Shown here piece by piece: positions 1 through 10,687 of a stretch of DNA of 64,000 bases (the stretch's first letter is position 1; every line of letters begins with the position of its first letter). The DNA lies in IMG/VR virus record IMGVR_UViG_3300031801_000798, positions 3,004 to 67,003 of that record, one strand, 5' to 3'. A model generated the notes under the pieces. It had not been told where the DNA came from and searched no databases. It was given only the letters and a program-made list of their open reading frames with translations. Made by a program: the position numbers and the translations under genes. This DNA is from a virus.

Positions 1-69
1 GTTTGAGCAGGGTGTGAACACAGACATTGTAAGCATCATCTTCTCTAGAGTCCCATCCGATAAAAATTT

Positions 70-1791
70 TCATAGTGTTGCCTCGAAAGTTTTTGCCCAC
101 ATTTTAAAGTGTACCATATTTATTGTCTGCTTTAGATCTCCCTTCCAGTTTTTTGTGGCCTCATTTATTGGAGGGTAATACTCATCGTCTATAATTGGAT
201 TTACAAATTCGTTACGAAATCTTGATGATTTAAACCAATCACTATGGGGTACAGTCCATCCGGTCTTTCTTTTATGTATCACGTATTCTGGTAAAATGCC
301 TCCATAGGCCAATTTAGAGGGTATCTTGATTTGTTTTTTAATCGGATTGATTTTAGAGTTGGAAAAAAGGTTGAGGGCATAATGCCTGAAGCTGTCTACC
401 AGCAGTGGGAATCTTGCCTCCATGGAAAAATTCATTCCCAGTTGATCATTTCGTATAAGGTAGTCCTCTGGTAAATGGTTGATCCCCTCCAAGAAAAGAC
501 AATTGTTTACGTGGTCATCTGAAAACATATCTGGAATCCAGTCTTCCATATAGTCCAATACATTTTTCTGACACGGGTCATTTGAAGCCAGCCTAGTAAC
601 ACAGCACCACTCACTAATGATGTCTCTTTTGGAAACACGAGGATAGTTCCTTCTTAAGCTACTGTTGGCAAATTTATTATGTCTGCCATATCCTGTAAAT
701 AATTCATCTCCACCGTCTCCAGATAATGTGACAACAATACCCTGATCTGCCATAGCTTGATTCATTAGATAGTAAGCCGAGATGCTCCTGTTGTACTTAG
801 GTTCTTCTAGTACTCCTATACATTTTTCTCTCGCTTCAATCCAGTCATCGAAAGAGATCAACAATTCAAAGTGATCAGTTTTATAATGCTTGCTTAGCTG
901 CATAGCGACTCTAGCATCGTCATTAAAATTGCAATCACTTGCATCTCCGCTGCAAACAAATCTTGTCGTAAACGTTCTTGGTTTACCAAACTGACACAGT
1001 TCGTGTAACACAACAGAAGAATCCATACCCCCGCTTAGGAATAGGCCGATTGGCCTTTTTCCCATCATACATTTTTTTACTGCATCAGACACACTATTTC
1101 TAAAATCTTTAGAGTTAAAGTGATTAACTGTTTTTAATTGTTTATGCGTATGAAAATCCGCCAGCAGACGATTGTTCTTCAGGTCAATTTTTAAGACTTG
1201 ACCCGGATATAGCTTTGTTACATCATTGAATAGCGTTTTTGGTCCGGGGATATATCCAAAGTGGTTATATAATTCCAGTCCCATATGATCTATTTTGGAA
1301 TCAATTCCCACAGACAGTAGAGACTTTATAGTTGAAGAAAACGCCAGCTTGTTTGCTGTATCAACGTAATATAGGGGCTTGATACCATAACTGTCACGAG
1401 CCAACACCAAGGACTTGTTATCTTTATCATACCAAGCCAATGCATACATGCCTTCAAGCTTATGAAGAAACTCTTCTCCTTCCAACTGAAGCCCTCTAGC
1501 CAGAACTTCTGTGTCGGAAACCGTCTTGAAAGTAAAATGTTTCTTTAGTTGTTCTTTTAAGTCAAGATAGTTGTAAATTTCCCCGTTGTAAACAAGAACA
1601 AATCTATCGTCAATAACCCAAGGCTGCTTTGAAAGATGTGAATCCTCTGTAATAGCCAACAAGTTATGTCCTAGGCTTATATTATCGTCACAATAAACAC
1701 CATTGGCATCTGGGCCTCTATGGTGTGAAGCTTTTATCATCTTGGTAATGGAGTCTCTATGAGAGCCTACGATTCCATGTATTCCACACAT
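70..1791 (-). CDS. asnB: asparagine synthetase B-like glutamine amidotransferase
   Basis: N-terminal MCGI (Ntn Cys), HRGPD, YNGEIYN, ARDSYGIKPLYY, LSGGMDSS PP-loop, SGDGGDELFTGY, MEARFP. Confidence 0.9.
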   Translation of the reverse strand: MCGIHGIVGSHRDSITKMIKASHHRGPDANGVYCDDNISLGHNLLAITEDSHLSKQPWVIDDRFVLVYNGEIYNYLDLKEQLKKHFTFKTVSDTEVLARGLQLEGEEFLHKLEGMYALAWYDKDNKSLVLARDSYGIKPLYYVDTANKLAFSSTIKSLLSVGIDSKIDHMGLELYNHFGYIPGPKTLFNDVTKLYPGQVLKIDLKNNRLLADFHTHKQLKTVNHFNSKDFRNSVSDAVKKCMMGKRPIGLFLSGGMDSSVVLHELCQFGKPRTFTTRFVCSGDASDCNFNDDARVAMQLSKHYKTDHFELLISFDDWIEAREKCIGVLEEPKYNRSISAYYLMNQAMADQGIVVTLSGDGGDELFTGYGRHNKFANSSLRRNYPRVSKRDIISEWCCVTRLASNDPCQKNVLDYMEDWIPDMFSDDHVNNCLFLEGINHLPEDYLIRNDQLGMNFSMEARFPLLVDSFRHYALNLFSNSKINPIKKQIKIPSKLAYGGILPEYVIHKRKTGWTVPHSDWFKSSRFRNEFVNPIIDDEYYPPINEATKNWKGDLKQTINMVHFKMWAKTFEATL

Positions 1792-2459
1792 TATTTTTTC
1801 CAGTCTTCGTAATCTTCTTGAGTATCTATACCAACGGTAGATTCAGATATAACTTTTACCTTAATTTTGTAGCCATTATCCATCCATCTTAACTGTTCAA
1901 GATTTTCCTCCTTCTCTCTGGGGCTTTCTTCCATAGAAGTAAAGTTTTTCAGAAATTCTGTGCTGTACGCATAAATTCCCATGTGTTTGTAGGCGGGTAT
2001 GGGTTGTCTTGTGAAGTCAACAGCGTTACTATTTGCATCCACGCTGACCTTAACCGTATTTGGATCGTCGGTTTCTTCCGGTGTGGCAAACGTGGCAAAC
2101 GTACCTATAGGAGCGTCCTCAAGCTCCGTTAATAGCTCTGTAACGCGATACGGGGGAAACTCTGGCTCATCCCCCTGCCAATTAACAACAAAATCATATC
2201 TTCCAAAAAACGATTGCTGCATTGCCTCCGCTATTCTTTCAGTACCACTATTATGATGGCCTGTCATTATGGGAATGCAGAAAGGGTTAACCAAAGCAAA
2301 AATTTTTTGACTGTCAGTAACTACTGCTATAGGTAGACCAGTCTTTTCGGCTTGCATTATCGTATGCCAGATAAGAGGATGACCACTCTTTCTTAGAAGG
2401 AGCTTGTTCGGGAGCCTAGTAGACTCCAACCTAGCTGGAATGACTATAATTGGATTCAT
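1791..2459 (-). CDS. kdsB: CMP-Kdo synthetase (3-deoxy-manno-octulosonate cytidylyltransferase)-like
   Basis: IPARLESTRLPNKLL, SGTERIAEA, NWQGDEP, HMGIYAY, EENLEQLRW, GIDT motifs. Confidence 0.88.
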   Translation of the reverse strand: MNPIIVIPARLESTRLPNKLLLRKSGHPLIWHTIMQAEKTGLPIAVVTDSQKIFALVNPFCIPIMTGHHNSGTERIAEAMQQSFFGRYDFVVNWQGDEPEFPPYRVTELLTELEDAPIGTFATFATPEETDDPNTVKVSVDANSNAVDFTRQPIPAYKHMGIYAYSTEFLKNFTSMEESPREKEENLEQLRWMDNGYKIKVKVISESTVGIDTQEDYEDWKK

Positions 2460-3831
2460 TAATAAATACCTTTAGGTCTTCTGGCGTACCGAGTCCCCAC
2501 ATTTTTTCTACGTTAAAAGTCTTAATCTTTTTGTTGTCTTCAATAGCTTCATTGTATACCGGACAGACATAAAATTCGCCATTGACTCTAGTGTTTCGCT
2601 CTATCATTTGTTCTGCGTACTTAACATAGTCACTCCCTCTCGACCAATAATATATACCAACCGTAGCGTTATTAGAGATTGGTTTCTTTTCTGCAACCTC
2701 AGTCACAAAACCGTCTTCATCAGTTTTGGCAAAACTCCATTTGGGATGAACGGATTCAAAAGTTAGTATGCCACCATCGACTTCGTCAGCTTGCATTGAA
2801 TACAAGAACTCGTTGCTGTCCCATTCAACAAACTGGTCAGAGTTTGCTGTAAGCAAAGGCTCATTATTGTCTATAAATTCTTTTGCTAATAGGGTTGTGC
2901 ATGCGGCACCTTCGGTCAGCCCCTCTACTGGAATAATAACGTTGTTGGGGGATATAAGATTTAATAAGTACTGTAGATTGTATCTGTTGTAGTGTTCTTT
3001 TTGCACTATGAAAATATGTTGAGCATCAATATTGAGGTTCTCTACCACTAGTTGAATCATAGGTTTGCCATTGACTTCAATGAGCGGCTTGGGAAAAGTA
3101 TAGCCAGCCTTTTCAAAGCGTGATCCAGCACCGGCCATTGGGATGAGAACTTTCATTTCTCCTCCTTGCCATTTGGGTTTAAACAGTTTCTTTTTATTTT
3201 GCTTGTTAGCCTTATCTACTGCTTTGGACAGGTTGTTATACGTTATATCAGATAGTCCAGATACCCCCAACACATGAGCACCTGATTCATGAGCAGCCTT
3301 GCGACCAATGTGAGAATCTTCTATGATCAAACATTCTTTTGGGTTTACGTGAGCATCAACCATGCACGTCAAATAAATTTCTGAATGTGGCTTAGGATAG
3401 AGAACGTCCTCATTTGAAAAGAATTTGTCTATATGATTTATATATCCAGCACAAGATAGCATCAATTCTAAACTGGATCTTATTGAATTTGATGCGCAGT
3501 ATATTTTATATCCATCATCCTTTAAGTTTAAGATGGCGTTTTTTATATCTACATGGTCTTCTGGCCAAACCAAGTCCTCAATTACGTCAGCAGTGCATTT
3601 CTGTTTCATTCTCCAGATTTTGTCATGGTATTCTTCCGGTAATCCCTTTTCCTCGGTCAGTTTGATTAGCTTCTTTCTTGTGGGAAGACCATCATATGAA
3701 GCAAGATGCTCCTCCCTACTGATTACAAACTCTTCCCCGATAGAAGATAGTGCCCTATTAAGGGCTTCATAGTGTATCGATCTAGCCTCTACCAATACAC
3801 CGTCTAGATCAAAAATAATTACTTTTATCAT
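2431..3831 (-). CDS. HAD-family phosphatase fused to a sugar-phosphate nucleotidyltransferase-like domain
   Basis: N-terminal FDLDGVL, KPHSEIY, IIEDS (HAD); C-terminal IPMAGAGSRF..GYTFPKPLI, ANSDQF, EKKPIS, GLGTPEDL. Confidence 0.85.
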   Translation of the reverse strand: MIKVIIFDLDGVLVEARSIHYEALNRALSSIGEEFVISREEHLASYDGLPTRKKLIKLTEEKGLPEEYHDKIWRMKQKCTADVIEDLVWPEDHVDIKNAILNLKDDGYKIYCASNSIRSSLELMLSCAGYINHIDKFFSNEDVLYPKPHSEIYLTCMVDAHVNPKECLIIEDSHIGRKAAHESGAHVLGVSGLSDITYNNLSKAVDKANKQNKKKLFKPKWQGGEMKVLIPMAGAGSRFEKAGYTFPKPLIEVNGKPMIQLVVENLNIDAQHIFIVQKEHYNRYNLQYLLNLISPNNVIIPVEGLTEGAACTTLLAKEFIDNNEPLLTANSDQFVEWDSNEFLYSMQADEVDGGILTFESVHPKWSFAKTDEDGFVTEVAEKKPISNNATVGIYYWSRGSDYVKYAEQMIERNTRVNGEFYVCPVYNEAIEDNKKIKTFNVEKMWGLGTPEDLKVFINESNYSHSS

Positions 3832-4606
3832 TGTCGTCTTTCAAAAATTGCAAAAGTCTAAACCAAGATTCATCTAGGGGTTTATACCTTAGAAGGTGGA
3901 CCTTGGATCTTTCGTTCATAACGTACTTGTATTTATCTCTTACTCTCAACGACCACTCGACATCCTCGGCCTCGCTGTGTTTTAAATCTTCGTTTAGCGG
4001 CTCCGCTTCCATAACATGCTTCTTAGCCAACCAATAAGCACCGGAGATATACATATGTCCACCATCATAATCATATGGCATTAATGTCCCGCCGCCATCC
4101 ACTTTTAGTCCATTGGTACACCAAGGCTCATATTGTATCCATGATATTGGATTATGCACCACTTGCCTATTCTTAGGGTCAATATTCGGATGGTCATATG
4201 TTGTCCAGTCTCTATACCGTTTGAAATTGGAATTGATAATGGAGGTCATACATATATCCCAATCGTTTCCAAACTTTATGAATTCTTCATGCCATGTGTC
4301 GCTAAGCATAACGTAGTCGTGCATAAACACTATGTTGTCATGCTTAGCTTTTTCTGTGATTATATTTTTCTTCCTTGTTATCCAGCCCTCTTTTACGGAT
4401 TCATCAAAAGAAACATGACGCAGTGTTCCAACGTGTGAGGAAAAATTAGTCATTACCTTCATCAACCCATCATACTCCCCACCCACCACTATGATTTCGC
4501 AGTTTGTCATGGGTATACTTTGTCTATATATAGAAAGTATAGCTTGCTGGACATAGTGTGGAGCATCGCCGGTTGGGTTTGTAATAATACCAAAGGTGAA
4601 GTTCAT
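3809..4606 (-). CDS. putative glycosyltransferase (GT-A-like)
   Basis: FTFGIIT start, EIIVVGG, WITRKKN, FMHDY (DxD-like), EDVEWS; sits in glycan cluster. Confidence 0.65.
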   Translation of the reverse strand: MNFTFGIITNPTGDAPHYVQQAILSIYRQSIPMTNCEIIVVGGEYDGLMKVMTNFSSHVGTLRHVSFDESVKEGWITRKKNIITEKAKHDNIVFMHDYVMLSDTWHEEFIKFGNDWDICMTSIINSNFKRYRDWTTYDHPNIDPKNRQVVHNPISWIQYEPWCTNGLKVDGGGTLMPYDYDGGHMYISGAYWLAKKHVMEAEPLNEDLKHSEAEDVEWSLRVRDKYKYVMNERSKVHLLRYKPLDESWFRLLQFLKDDNDKSNYF

Positions 4607-5475
4607 TACATCTTCCTCAACTTAAATGGCACTTCTTCATGTGAGCTTTCTATTTCGGAAAAATTCATAGAATCAAAGTCTATAACAAACCCTTTTAGAT
4701 AAAGATCGTTTAAACCCTTTTCGTCTGCTCTGAACTTAGCCCCACCATTACTCTGAACATTAATAACCTTATTGTAATCCATGCCAACAATAAGACTATG
4801 TTTCGGAGAAGATATCATTGGCTTGTGGGATATTTTTTCCATGTTCTGATACATATAGGATTCTGTTCTATGGGGAAGAGGCGCCCATGTGTGATCTGTA
4901 TTAGTAAAGTCGGTCCCGTCAAAAGCATCTAGCACATCTTTTGTTCTATATATTCCGCCATCCCAGCTAAAGGGTATCGCATAGTCTTCGAACTGCCCAC
5001 TTCTGTCCATATAGCTCCACTTTGCATGATCTTCTTTTATATCTGAATCATCGAGTGGCTGTTGCGTTTCTCTGGTTAGGTGGTTTTGGACTACGGTATT
5101 TTCTCCCAGTCTTAAACTAAAACAAAAGGTTTCGTTATCTAGAATTTCCTGAACTCTGTCTTCTGTTATATCTATTTTTCTGTAGAGAAGATTGTCATCC
5201 ACCATCAACGCGAAGATGTTATTGTTTTCCTTAAGATAGTGATAAAACTGTTGCGTAAAGAGGCCCGGAGTGGGACACTGGCCCTCTGGAAGCCATTGAA
5301 TATCTGGAATAATTTCCTCTTCAATAAGCTTATTGTAGCCAAGCATGTAGTCTTCATCGGTAGCCGCAAAAAGAATCGTAATCTCAAACAAATCTGAGGA
5401 GTTTCTGTGTAGGCTTTCAAGAAGCAACCTCAACTGACTAGCCCTATTCTTTGATGAAATAAATAACGGAATCAT
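4606..5475 (-). CDS. putative glycosyltransferase, paralog family A copy 1
   Basis: SKNRxxQLxLLLESL, MVDDN, FSLRLG motifs shared with 36695..37549 and 46662..47501. Confidence 0.55.
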   Translation of the reverse strand: MIPLFISSKNRASQLRLLLESLHRNSSDLFEITILFAATDEDYMLGYNKLIEEEIIPDIQWLPEGQCPTPGLFTQQFYHYLKENNNIFALMVDDNLLYRKIDITEDRVQEILDNETFCFSLRLGENTVVQNHLTRETQQPLDDSDIKEDHAKWSYMDRSGQFEDYAIPFSWDGGIYRTKDVLDAFDGTDFTNTDHTWAPLPHRTESYMYQNMEKISHKPMISSPKHSLIVGMDYNKVINVQSNGGAKFRADEKGLNDLYLKGFVIDFDSMNFSEIESSHEEVPFKLRKM

Positions 5476-6188
5476 ATAATTGACCTCGGACTCTCATTTT
5501 GTTCGCACTCGCTGAATAGGCCCTTATCATGTATTATCTTTGGAATTATTACCCAAGATTTTATGCTTCGTGGGCCGTGATGGTATAGGGTGTTTAGTTG
5601 CATATCTATGGGGGCTACTGGATTGAGTCTTAGTAGGAGATCATAAATGGTATCCTTTATTAGGACACCATGCAGGCCTCCAGTGTTAGTAAAAATTCTT
5701 GCGAGGGCAGTGAATTTGTTTTTGGCGAACTCATCTTCTATTTCCTTGTTCCATTCATCGTCTTCATGGCCAATCCACCAGCCAAGATAGATCATATCCC
5801 ATTCCAAGGGTTCATCCCCCTCAAAATGATGACTAACACTACTCAATACAAAGTTATATCTGTCAGTAAAATAGGCGTCGTCTTCAAGCATCAAGAAGTT
5901 TTTAAGTCTTTGGTCTTTGGCCCTTTGAATTATCCTCTGATGCGAAATGAAAGCATTGTAATGGTTTACCCACGTTCCATCGTCAGGATGGCCGTATGTC
6001 CAAGTGTCTACTTTTGGATCTGGATCGTCTACGTAATTATACATGTGATGTGGCAAGACCTTGCCGTCGCCCACCACAAATTTCTCAAACGAAATCCCTT
6101 TTAGGACGCACTGATTCTCCAGATCTTCCCAATGATCCTGCCGTTTATCTACGCATAAACAGAACGCCTTGTCTATGGTTAACCCCAT
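5472..6188 (-). CDS. glycosyltransferase family 25-like
   Basis: CVDKRQD, AFISH, MLEDDA, WDMIYLG, PIDM motifs typical of GT25. Confidence 0.75.
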   Translation of the reverse strand: MGLTIDKAFCLCVDKRQDHWEDLENQCVLKGISFEKFVVGDGKVLPHHMYNYVDDPDPKVDTWTYGHPDDGTWVNHYNAFISHQRIIQRAKDQRLKNFLMLEDDAYFTDRYNFVLSSVSHHFEGDEPLEWDMIYLGWWIGHEDDEWNKEIEDEFAKNKFTALARIFTNTGGLHGVLIKDTIYDLLLRLNPVAPIDMQLNTLYHHGPRSIKSWVIIPKIIHDKGLFSECEQNESPRSII

Positions 6189-7225
6189 GTTTTTATCCTG
6201 TCCAGAAAGTCTTTGGCCGTGCTTACCGTTGTCAACTTTTCTCTAGTGTGGTGGATTAGCTGCTCCCTAATATCATTATACCGAACTGAGTCGAATTTTG
6301 AGAAATCAATATCGCCTCTTTTTTTTCCGGGCAGGATCTCTTTTGCTGTTCCTATAAATGTTTCTTTATCTGGATCATATTTTTCTTTAGTTCCGGGGTA
6401 AACACCTGATAGTTTTTTAGCTTCGATGCACAGATCTTTGGGAAATCTAGCTAGAGTATGAGTTTGACACTTCTCTATATCTGTGAAGAATGGGACACAT
6501 CCACAAGCTAATATTTCATAATGTCTCATACAGTCCCACCCCTCTGTTATCATTTCATCTCTGCCCTTTTTGCAAGTGTATGCAAAATAGCTCTTTCTGT
6601 AATCATCATAATAATCTTTTTCGTTGTCATAAGTATAGCTATCAGCGTGTTCCCCGTTGCAATTAGGAACTAGCGGAGCAAAGTCAAAACTTTTTTCAAG
6701 CGACTCGCAAATTTTTTCTTCTGGGATAGAGAAGGAAATCGGAAGAGCTACACCGGAGTATCGTTCAAACAGTTCTCTTTTAAAATAGATGCCACGTTTT
6801 GATATTTCTTTGTTAATATCGCACCTATCCCACCCATCAACTATTATTAACTCATCCCTGTCGTAATACAACCTGACTGATTCTAAAATTTCTAATACTG
6901 GCTCGTATTTCCCGTTAAGTGTATGATGGATCGGCATTACTAAGTAATCATAGTAGTGATTGACTATTTTTCTACCAATGTCATCTCTGTCGATATAGTC
7001 GTCTGGTAATAAACCATAGATAGTAAAGCCTTTACCCCACAGTTGTGGAATTATCTCAGGGGTGTCTTTTAGACTCTTATACAGATGCCACATTTTGTAG
7101 CCATCAACCACGTCTTCACCAAGTAGACATCTCAGGCCATGAAAAAGAGAGTCCGCTTGATAATCTCCAGCTTGAGCACTGTGTATATGAGACTCATTTA
7201 TTATCGGAATGTATAGTATTTTCAT
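6179..7225 (-). CDS. putative glycosyltransferase (GT-B-like)
   Basis: GDYQADSLFHG, YFKRE, GWDCMRHYEILACGCVPFF. Confidence 0.65.
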   Translation of the reverse strand: MKILYIPIINESHIHSAQAGDYQADSLFHGLRCLLGEDVVDGYKMWHLYKSLKDTPEIIPQLWGKGFTIYGLLPDDYIDRDDIGRKIVNHYYDYLVMPIHHTLNGKYEPVLEILESVRLYYDRDELIIVDGWDRCDINKEISKRGIYFKRELFERYSGVALPISFSIPEEKICESLEKSFDFAPLVPNCNGEHADSYTYDNEKDYYDDYRKSYFAYTCKKGRDEMITEGWDCMRHYEILACGCVPFFTDIEKCQTHTLARFPKDLCIEAKKLSGVYPGTKEKYDPDKETFIGTAKEILPGKKRGDIDFSKFDSVRYNDIREQLIHHTREKLTTVSTAKDFLDRIKTWG

Positions 7226-8156
7226 TGTAGAATGACCTTACCACTTCTTTAATGGCGTCTTCGGATTTAGGAAAACTAGGGTTCCATCCAGCGATCTTTA
7301 GTTTTTTATTGCTTATCTGTATGGATCTGTTATCACCTTTCCAGTTTGCTCCTTCTCCCAACCACCTGATTGGTTTATGAATATTAAAATTATCCATGAC
7401 GCAATGAGCAAGCTCCTCTATAGTGATCGTGTCATCTGGAACAACGTTAAACACTCCAGATAATTCAGAAAATCCTATAAGCTTAAGCGCAGAAATGGCG
7501 TCGTCTATATGACAGTAGGGTTTTGTGGACCCCGGAGCATCTCCTAATATTTCAAGATGCGAGCTTGGGGATTTTAGTTTGGTCATAAAATCTTTTATAA
7601 CGCCATGTGTTAGATTGGGTCCGATTGTGGCACATAATCTCAAAGAAACACCGTTGACTCTTTCAGAAGATGTATATATTTCTACCAAGCTTTCCGCTGC
7701 CCTTTTTGTCATTCCGTATACAGAGGTAGGGTCTGTTTTAAAAGACTCTTGGTATCGTGCGTCTGGGGTTTCTTTTAAAAGCCAATCTCCATAAACAATA
7801 ACCGTTGATGCTAAAACAACGCGGCAGTTTTGAGGAGCATAATGCAGAACCTTCTGAGTGCCTATTATGTTATCGACTAGGATGGAGTGGGGATATTGTT
7901 CGTCTAGTCTACTCAGGGGATTTCCGGCAAGGTGAAAAATTATGTCTGGCATTTCTGATTTGCAGACGCTGTTAAAGAAAGAGTAGTGCTTACTGTCGGG
8001 GTTGGTAAAACCCAGATCACAGCAATAGTGTTTGGTCATAGTTGCGAAAATAGGTTTCTTGCTCATTGTGACAACTTCGTGATCTCCACCTTTTAAAAGG
8101 TTCATCACCAGTCTTTGGCCCAAGAATCCAGTAGCTCCTGTGACTAGTACTTTCAT
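7194..8156 (-). CDS. NAD-dependent nucleotide-sugar epimerase/dehydratase (extended SDR)
   Basis: VTGATGFLG, FHLAG, YGMTK (YxxxK), LTHGVIKDF. Confidence 0.9.
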   Translation of the reverse strand: MKVLVTGATGFLGQRLVMNLLKGGDHEVVTMSKKPIFATMTKHYCCDLGFTNPDSKHYSFFNSVCKSEMPDIIFHLAGNPLSRLDEQYPHSILVDNIIGTQKVLHYAPQNCRVVLASTVIVYGDWLLKETPDARYQESFKTDPTSVYGMTKRAAESLVEIYTSSERVNGVSLRLCATIGPNLTHGVIKDFMTKLKSPSSHLEILGDAPGSTKPYCHIDDAISALKLIGFSELSGVFNVVPDDTITIEELAHCVMDNFNIHKPIRWLGEGANWKGDNRSIQISNKKLKIAGWNPSFPKSEDAIKEVVRSFYNENTIHSDNK

Positions 8157-9205
8157 TTTGTTTTTCCTACTGCATCATCAAGCAAATTTATGCATCGGTC
8201 AGCCTCTTTGAAGAGGCCCAACTCTGTAAAGATTTTAGAAACCCTATGAAAATAGGTATGCTTATTCAGTATGGCGTCATGCCCTCGCTTTATGTACGGC
8301 AGTCTTTCTTCTGGGTGTCTGAGATAATATCTTATCTTATCTTCGAATTCGTCGGGGGTCTTGGCAAACACGATTTCCTCGTTATTAAATACATCTTCTG
8401 CCATGGATTGCACGTAGTCAGATATGCAGAATCCGCCAGCAGCAAGAACCTTAAATGGCCGTTCTATTATATCATATCCAAAATCCTGCGAGTGTGGTTC
8501 ACTGATGTTGGGCGATATAACAGATGAGCAGAAAGTGTCCCTAACATGCTTTTCATCCAGTCTTCCCAAGTGTTGGATTACTGGCCAGTTCTGGTTTCCA
8601 TAAATTTTTATGTTGTATTTGCCTACAGGATGACATAATCTTACAAGATAAGGGTCTAAACACCTAGCCTTATATGGCCAGTATCCTCCAATAAATGACA
8701 CATCGCACTTTAGAAAGTTTACTTCTTTTCCACCAGAATATTCGAATATATCAGCGGCGTGTAACATGGAAATAGGTTTTACGCCGATGGACTTCCATTT
8801 ATTGTGGGTCTTTAAAATCCACTTATCGTGATAGTGATTGTAAACAAAGTCGGGTTTTCCGGTTTCCTGCATAAGTTTCTCAACCAGATCAACTTCTTCT
8901 GGTCGAGCAACCAAGACAGGATACTGTTCAAGATCAATGTCATCTTGCGTATCGCCCCAGTCAGAAGCCCGCATCACCACCTTTAGATGTGGACGCTCTT
9001 TGATACAATTAAAAACGCCCTTGTCTAAATTATACGTCTGGCCAATAAAAATGTCAGGTTCAAACTCATCGAATGCGTCAAAGCTGGGTTTAGAATGTAT
9101 ATCCCACAAGATGCACTGATGTCCCATGGCTTGCATAACCTTAGCCCATCCAATCCTTATATAATAATGGGCATGTGGTCCATCGCTGGCTATCATTATT
9201 TTCAT
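8153..9205 (-). CDS. CgeB-like glycosyltransferase
   Basis: DVSFIGGY, NISEPH, ERPFKVLAAGGFCISD, HTYFHR. Confidence 0.75.
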   Translation of the reverse strand: MKIMIASDGPHAHYYIRIGWAKVMQAMGHQCILWDIHSKPSFDAFDEFEPDIFIGQTYNLDKGVFNCIKERPHLKVVMRASDWGDTQDDIDLEQYPVLVARPEEVDLVEKLMQETGKPDFVYNHYHDKWILKTHNKWKSIGVKPISMLHAADIFEYSGGKEVNFLKCDVSFIGGYWPYKARCLDPYLVRLCHPVGKYNIKIYGNQNWPVIQHLGRLDEKHVRDTFCSSVISPNISEPHSQDFGYDIIERPFKVLAAGGFCISDYVQSMAEDVFNNEEIVFAKTPDEFEDKIRYYLRHPEERLPYIKRGHDAILNKHTYFHRVSKIFTELGLFKEADRCINLLDDAVGKTK

Positions 9206-9915
9206 TCTTCTAAGTCCCTCAAAGAATCCACTTCCATTATCTCCATTTTGTCTGGCTCCACAGTCTTAATTTTGCCACCCTTATTGATAACTATATTCAG
9301 GAGTTCGAATGGATACATTCTGTTCTTTTTTCTGTCATAACAAAGCTCTCTAAAATAATCCAATTCTAGACCGGTTAAGTATATTATTTGCGCCCACTTA
9401 GTGTCTAGTCCATATGCAAAATTGGTTATATTATTGTCTACTATAGTCACTCCTATCTCTTCGTTTTTAAAACGATTCTTTGTATCAACAACAGCACATG
9501 ACTCATGTTCTGCTATGCCCACTAGAGTCTCTGGATTGAATATTAAGTCTCCATAAATAATGAGCACATCACCATGAATCGCATTGTTCAGTGCCAATCT
9601 TAAACTTTCTACAACATTAGTACCTTCATACAACTGATTTTCTACAATCCTTATGTCTCTAGGTAGAATTTTAATTACTTTATCGGCTTCGAATCCTACT
9701 ACAGTAATGATATCCGAATGAGGATATATTTCGTACACATTATAGACTATGCGTTCTATTATAGTATATTTTGCGTCTGTGTGCAGCAAGCACTTAGGCC
9801 CGTAGGATTTCATCCTGTGGCCCATACCTGCAACCGGGATAATGACAGAAAGGTTTTGATCTGTTATTCCGGGGCCAAGTTTTTTGGCGAAGGTTGTAAA
9901 TCTATTAGTACGCAT
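9202..9915 (-). CDS. NTP-transferase (LicC-like cytidylyltransferase family)
   Basis: IPVAGMGHRMKSYGPKCLL, TNVVESL, YGDLIF, EVDS; ATG at 9915 preferred over the track start 9978. Confidence 0.75.
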   Translation of the reverse strand: MRTNRFTTFAKKLGPGITDQNLSVIIPVAGMGHRMKSYGPKCLLHTDAKYTIIERIVYNVYEIYPHSDIITVVGFEADKVIKILPRDIRIVENQLYEGTNVVESLRLALNNAIHGDVLIIYGDLIFNPETLVGIAEHESCAVVDTKNRFKNEEIGVTIVDNNITNFAYGLDTKWAQIIYLTGLELDYFRELCYDRKKNRMYPFELLNIVINKGGKIKTVEPDKMEIMEVDSLRDLEE

Positions 9916-10687
9916 TATTTCTTTGGTGGAATTTTTCCATGACTCTTTTCCAGTTTTTTTGCCAAGTCTCACTGTCAATGATAAAGCTAGAATTAGCCCC
10001 CGTAACTCTAACCATAGTCAGGGCTTCGGCTACATGAACAATCATAAATAGTTCACTTATCCTCATCCACAAGTCATAATCTTCACACGTTCTCATATTT
10101 TTATCGTAATACCCAGTGTCTTCTTTAGTTGCTACAAGAGCCTCTTTACTTACAACGCTTCCGCTGTGGATTATACATTCGTTTACCAATCTTCGTCTGT
10201 TAAATGGCTCCTTGAACTCCCTTATCATTATTCCAGTGTTTGTATTATATGTATCGTAATCACCGTAAACAACCCCAACTGAGCCAGAGTCTTTAACAAA
10301 AATATCCACACAAGTGTTTACTTTTTTTGTGTAGAATTCATCGTCGGAATCTAGCATGGCATAAATATCTGTGTCGTTTAAAGTAAAATCAATGCCAGTA
10401 TTTCTTGCCTCGCTTGGGCCTCCAGCCTGTGGTCTTTTGATGGCTATGAATGATCTATTTTTTCTCACCCCCTTAATAGTTGAAAGATCTTGCACTCTTT
10501 CAACAGAGTCGATATTTTCAAATAGCGAATTTATGAGATCCCATGAGCCATCGCTAGACCCGTCATCTACCACACAAACTCTCAGCGGTCCCAAGTAATC
10601 TTGATTTAACGCACTGTCTATTGCCTTTTGTATGTACTGCTCATCATTATGATTAGGTATCATCACTGTAACTCTAGGAAAATTCAT
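9905..10687 (-). CDS. glycosyltransferase family 2
   Basis: IPNHN, VVDDGSSD, GPSEARN, MLDSDD, EDYDLW. Confidence 0.92.
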   Translation of the reverse strand: MNFPRVTVMIPNHNDEQYIQKAIDSALNQDYLGPLRVCVVDDGSSDGSWDLINSLFENIDSVERVQDLSTIKGVRKNRSFIAIKRPQAGGPSEARNTGIDFTLNDTDIYAMLDSDDEFYTKKVNTCVDIFVKDSGSVGVVYGDYDTYNTNTGIMIREFKEPFNRRRLVNECIIHSGSVVSKEALVATKEDTGYYDKNMRTCEDYDLWMRISELFMIVHVAEALTMVRVTGANSSFIIDSETWQKNWKRVMEKFHQRNNAY

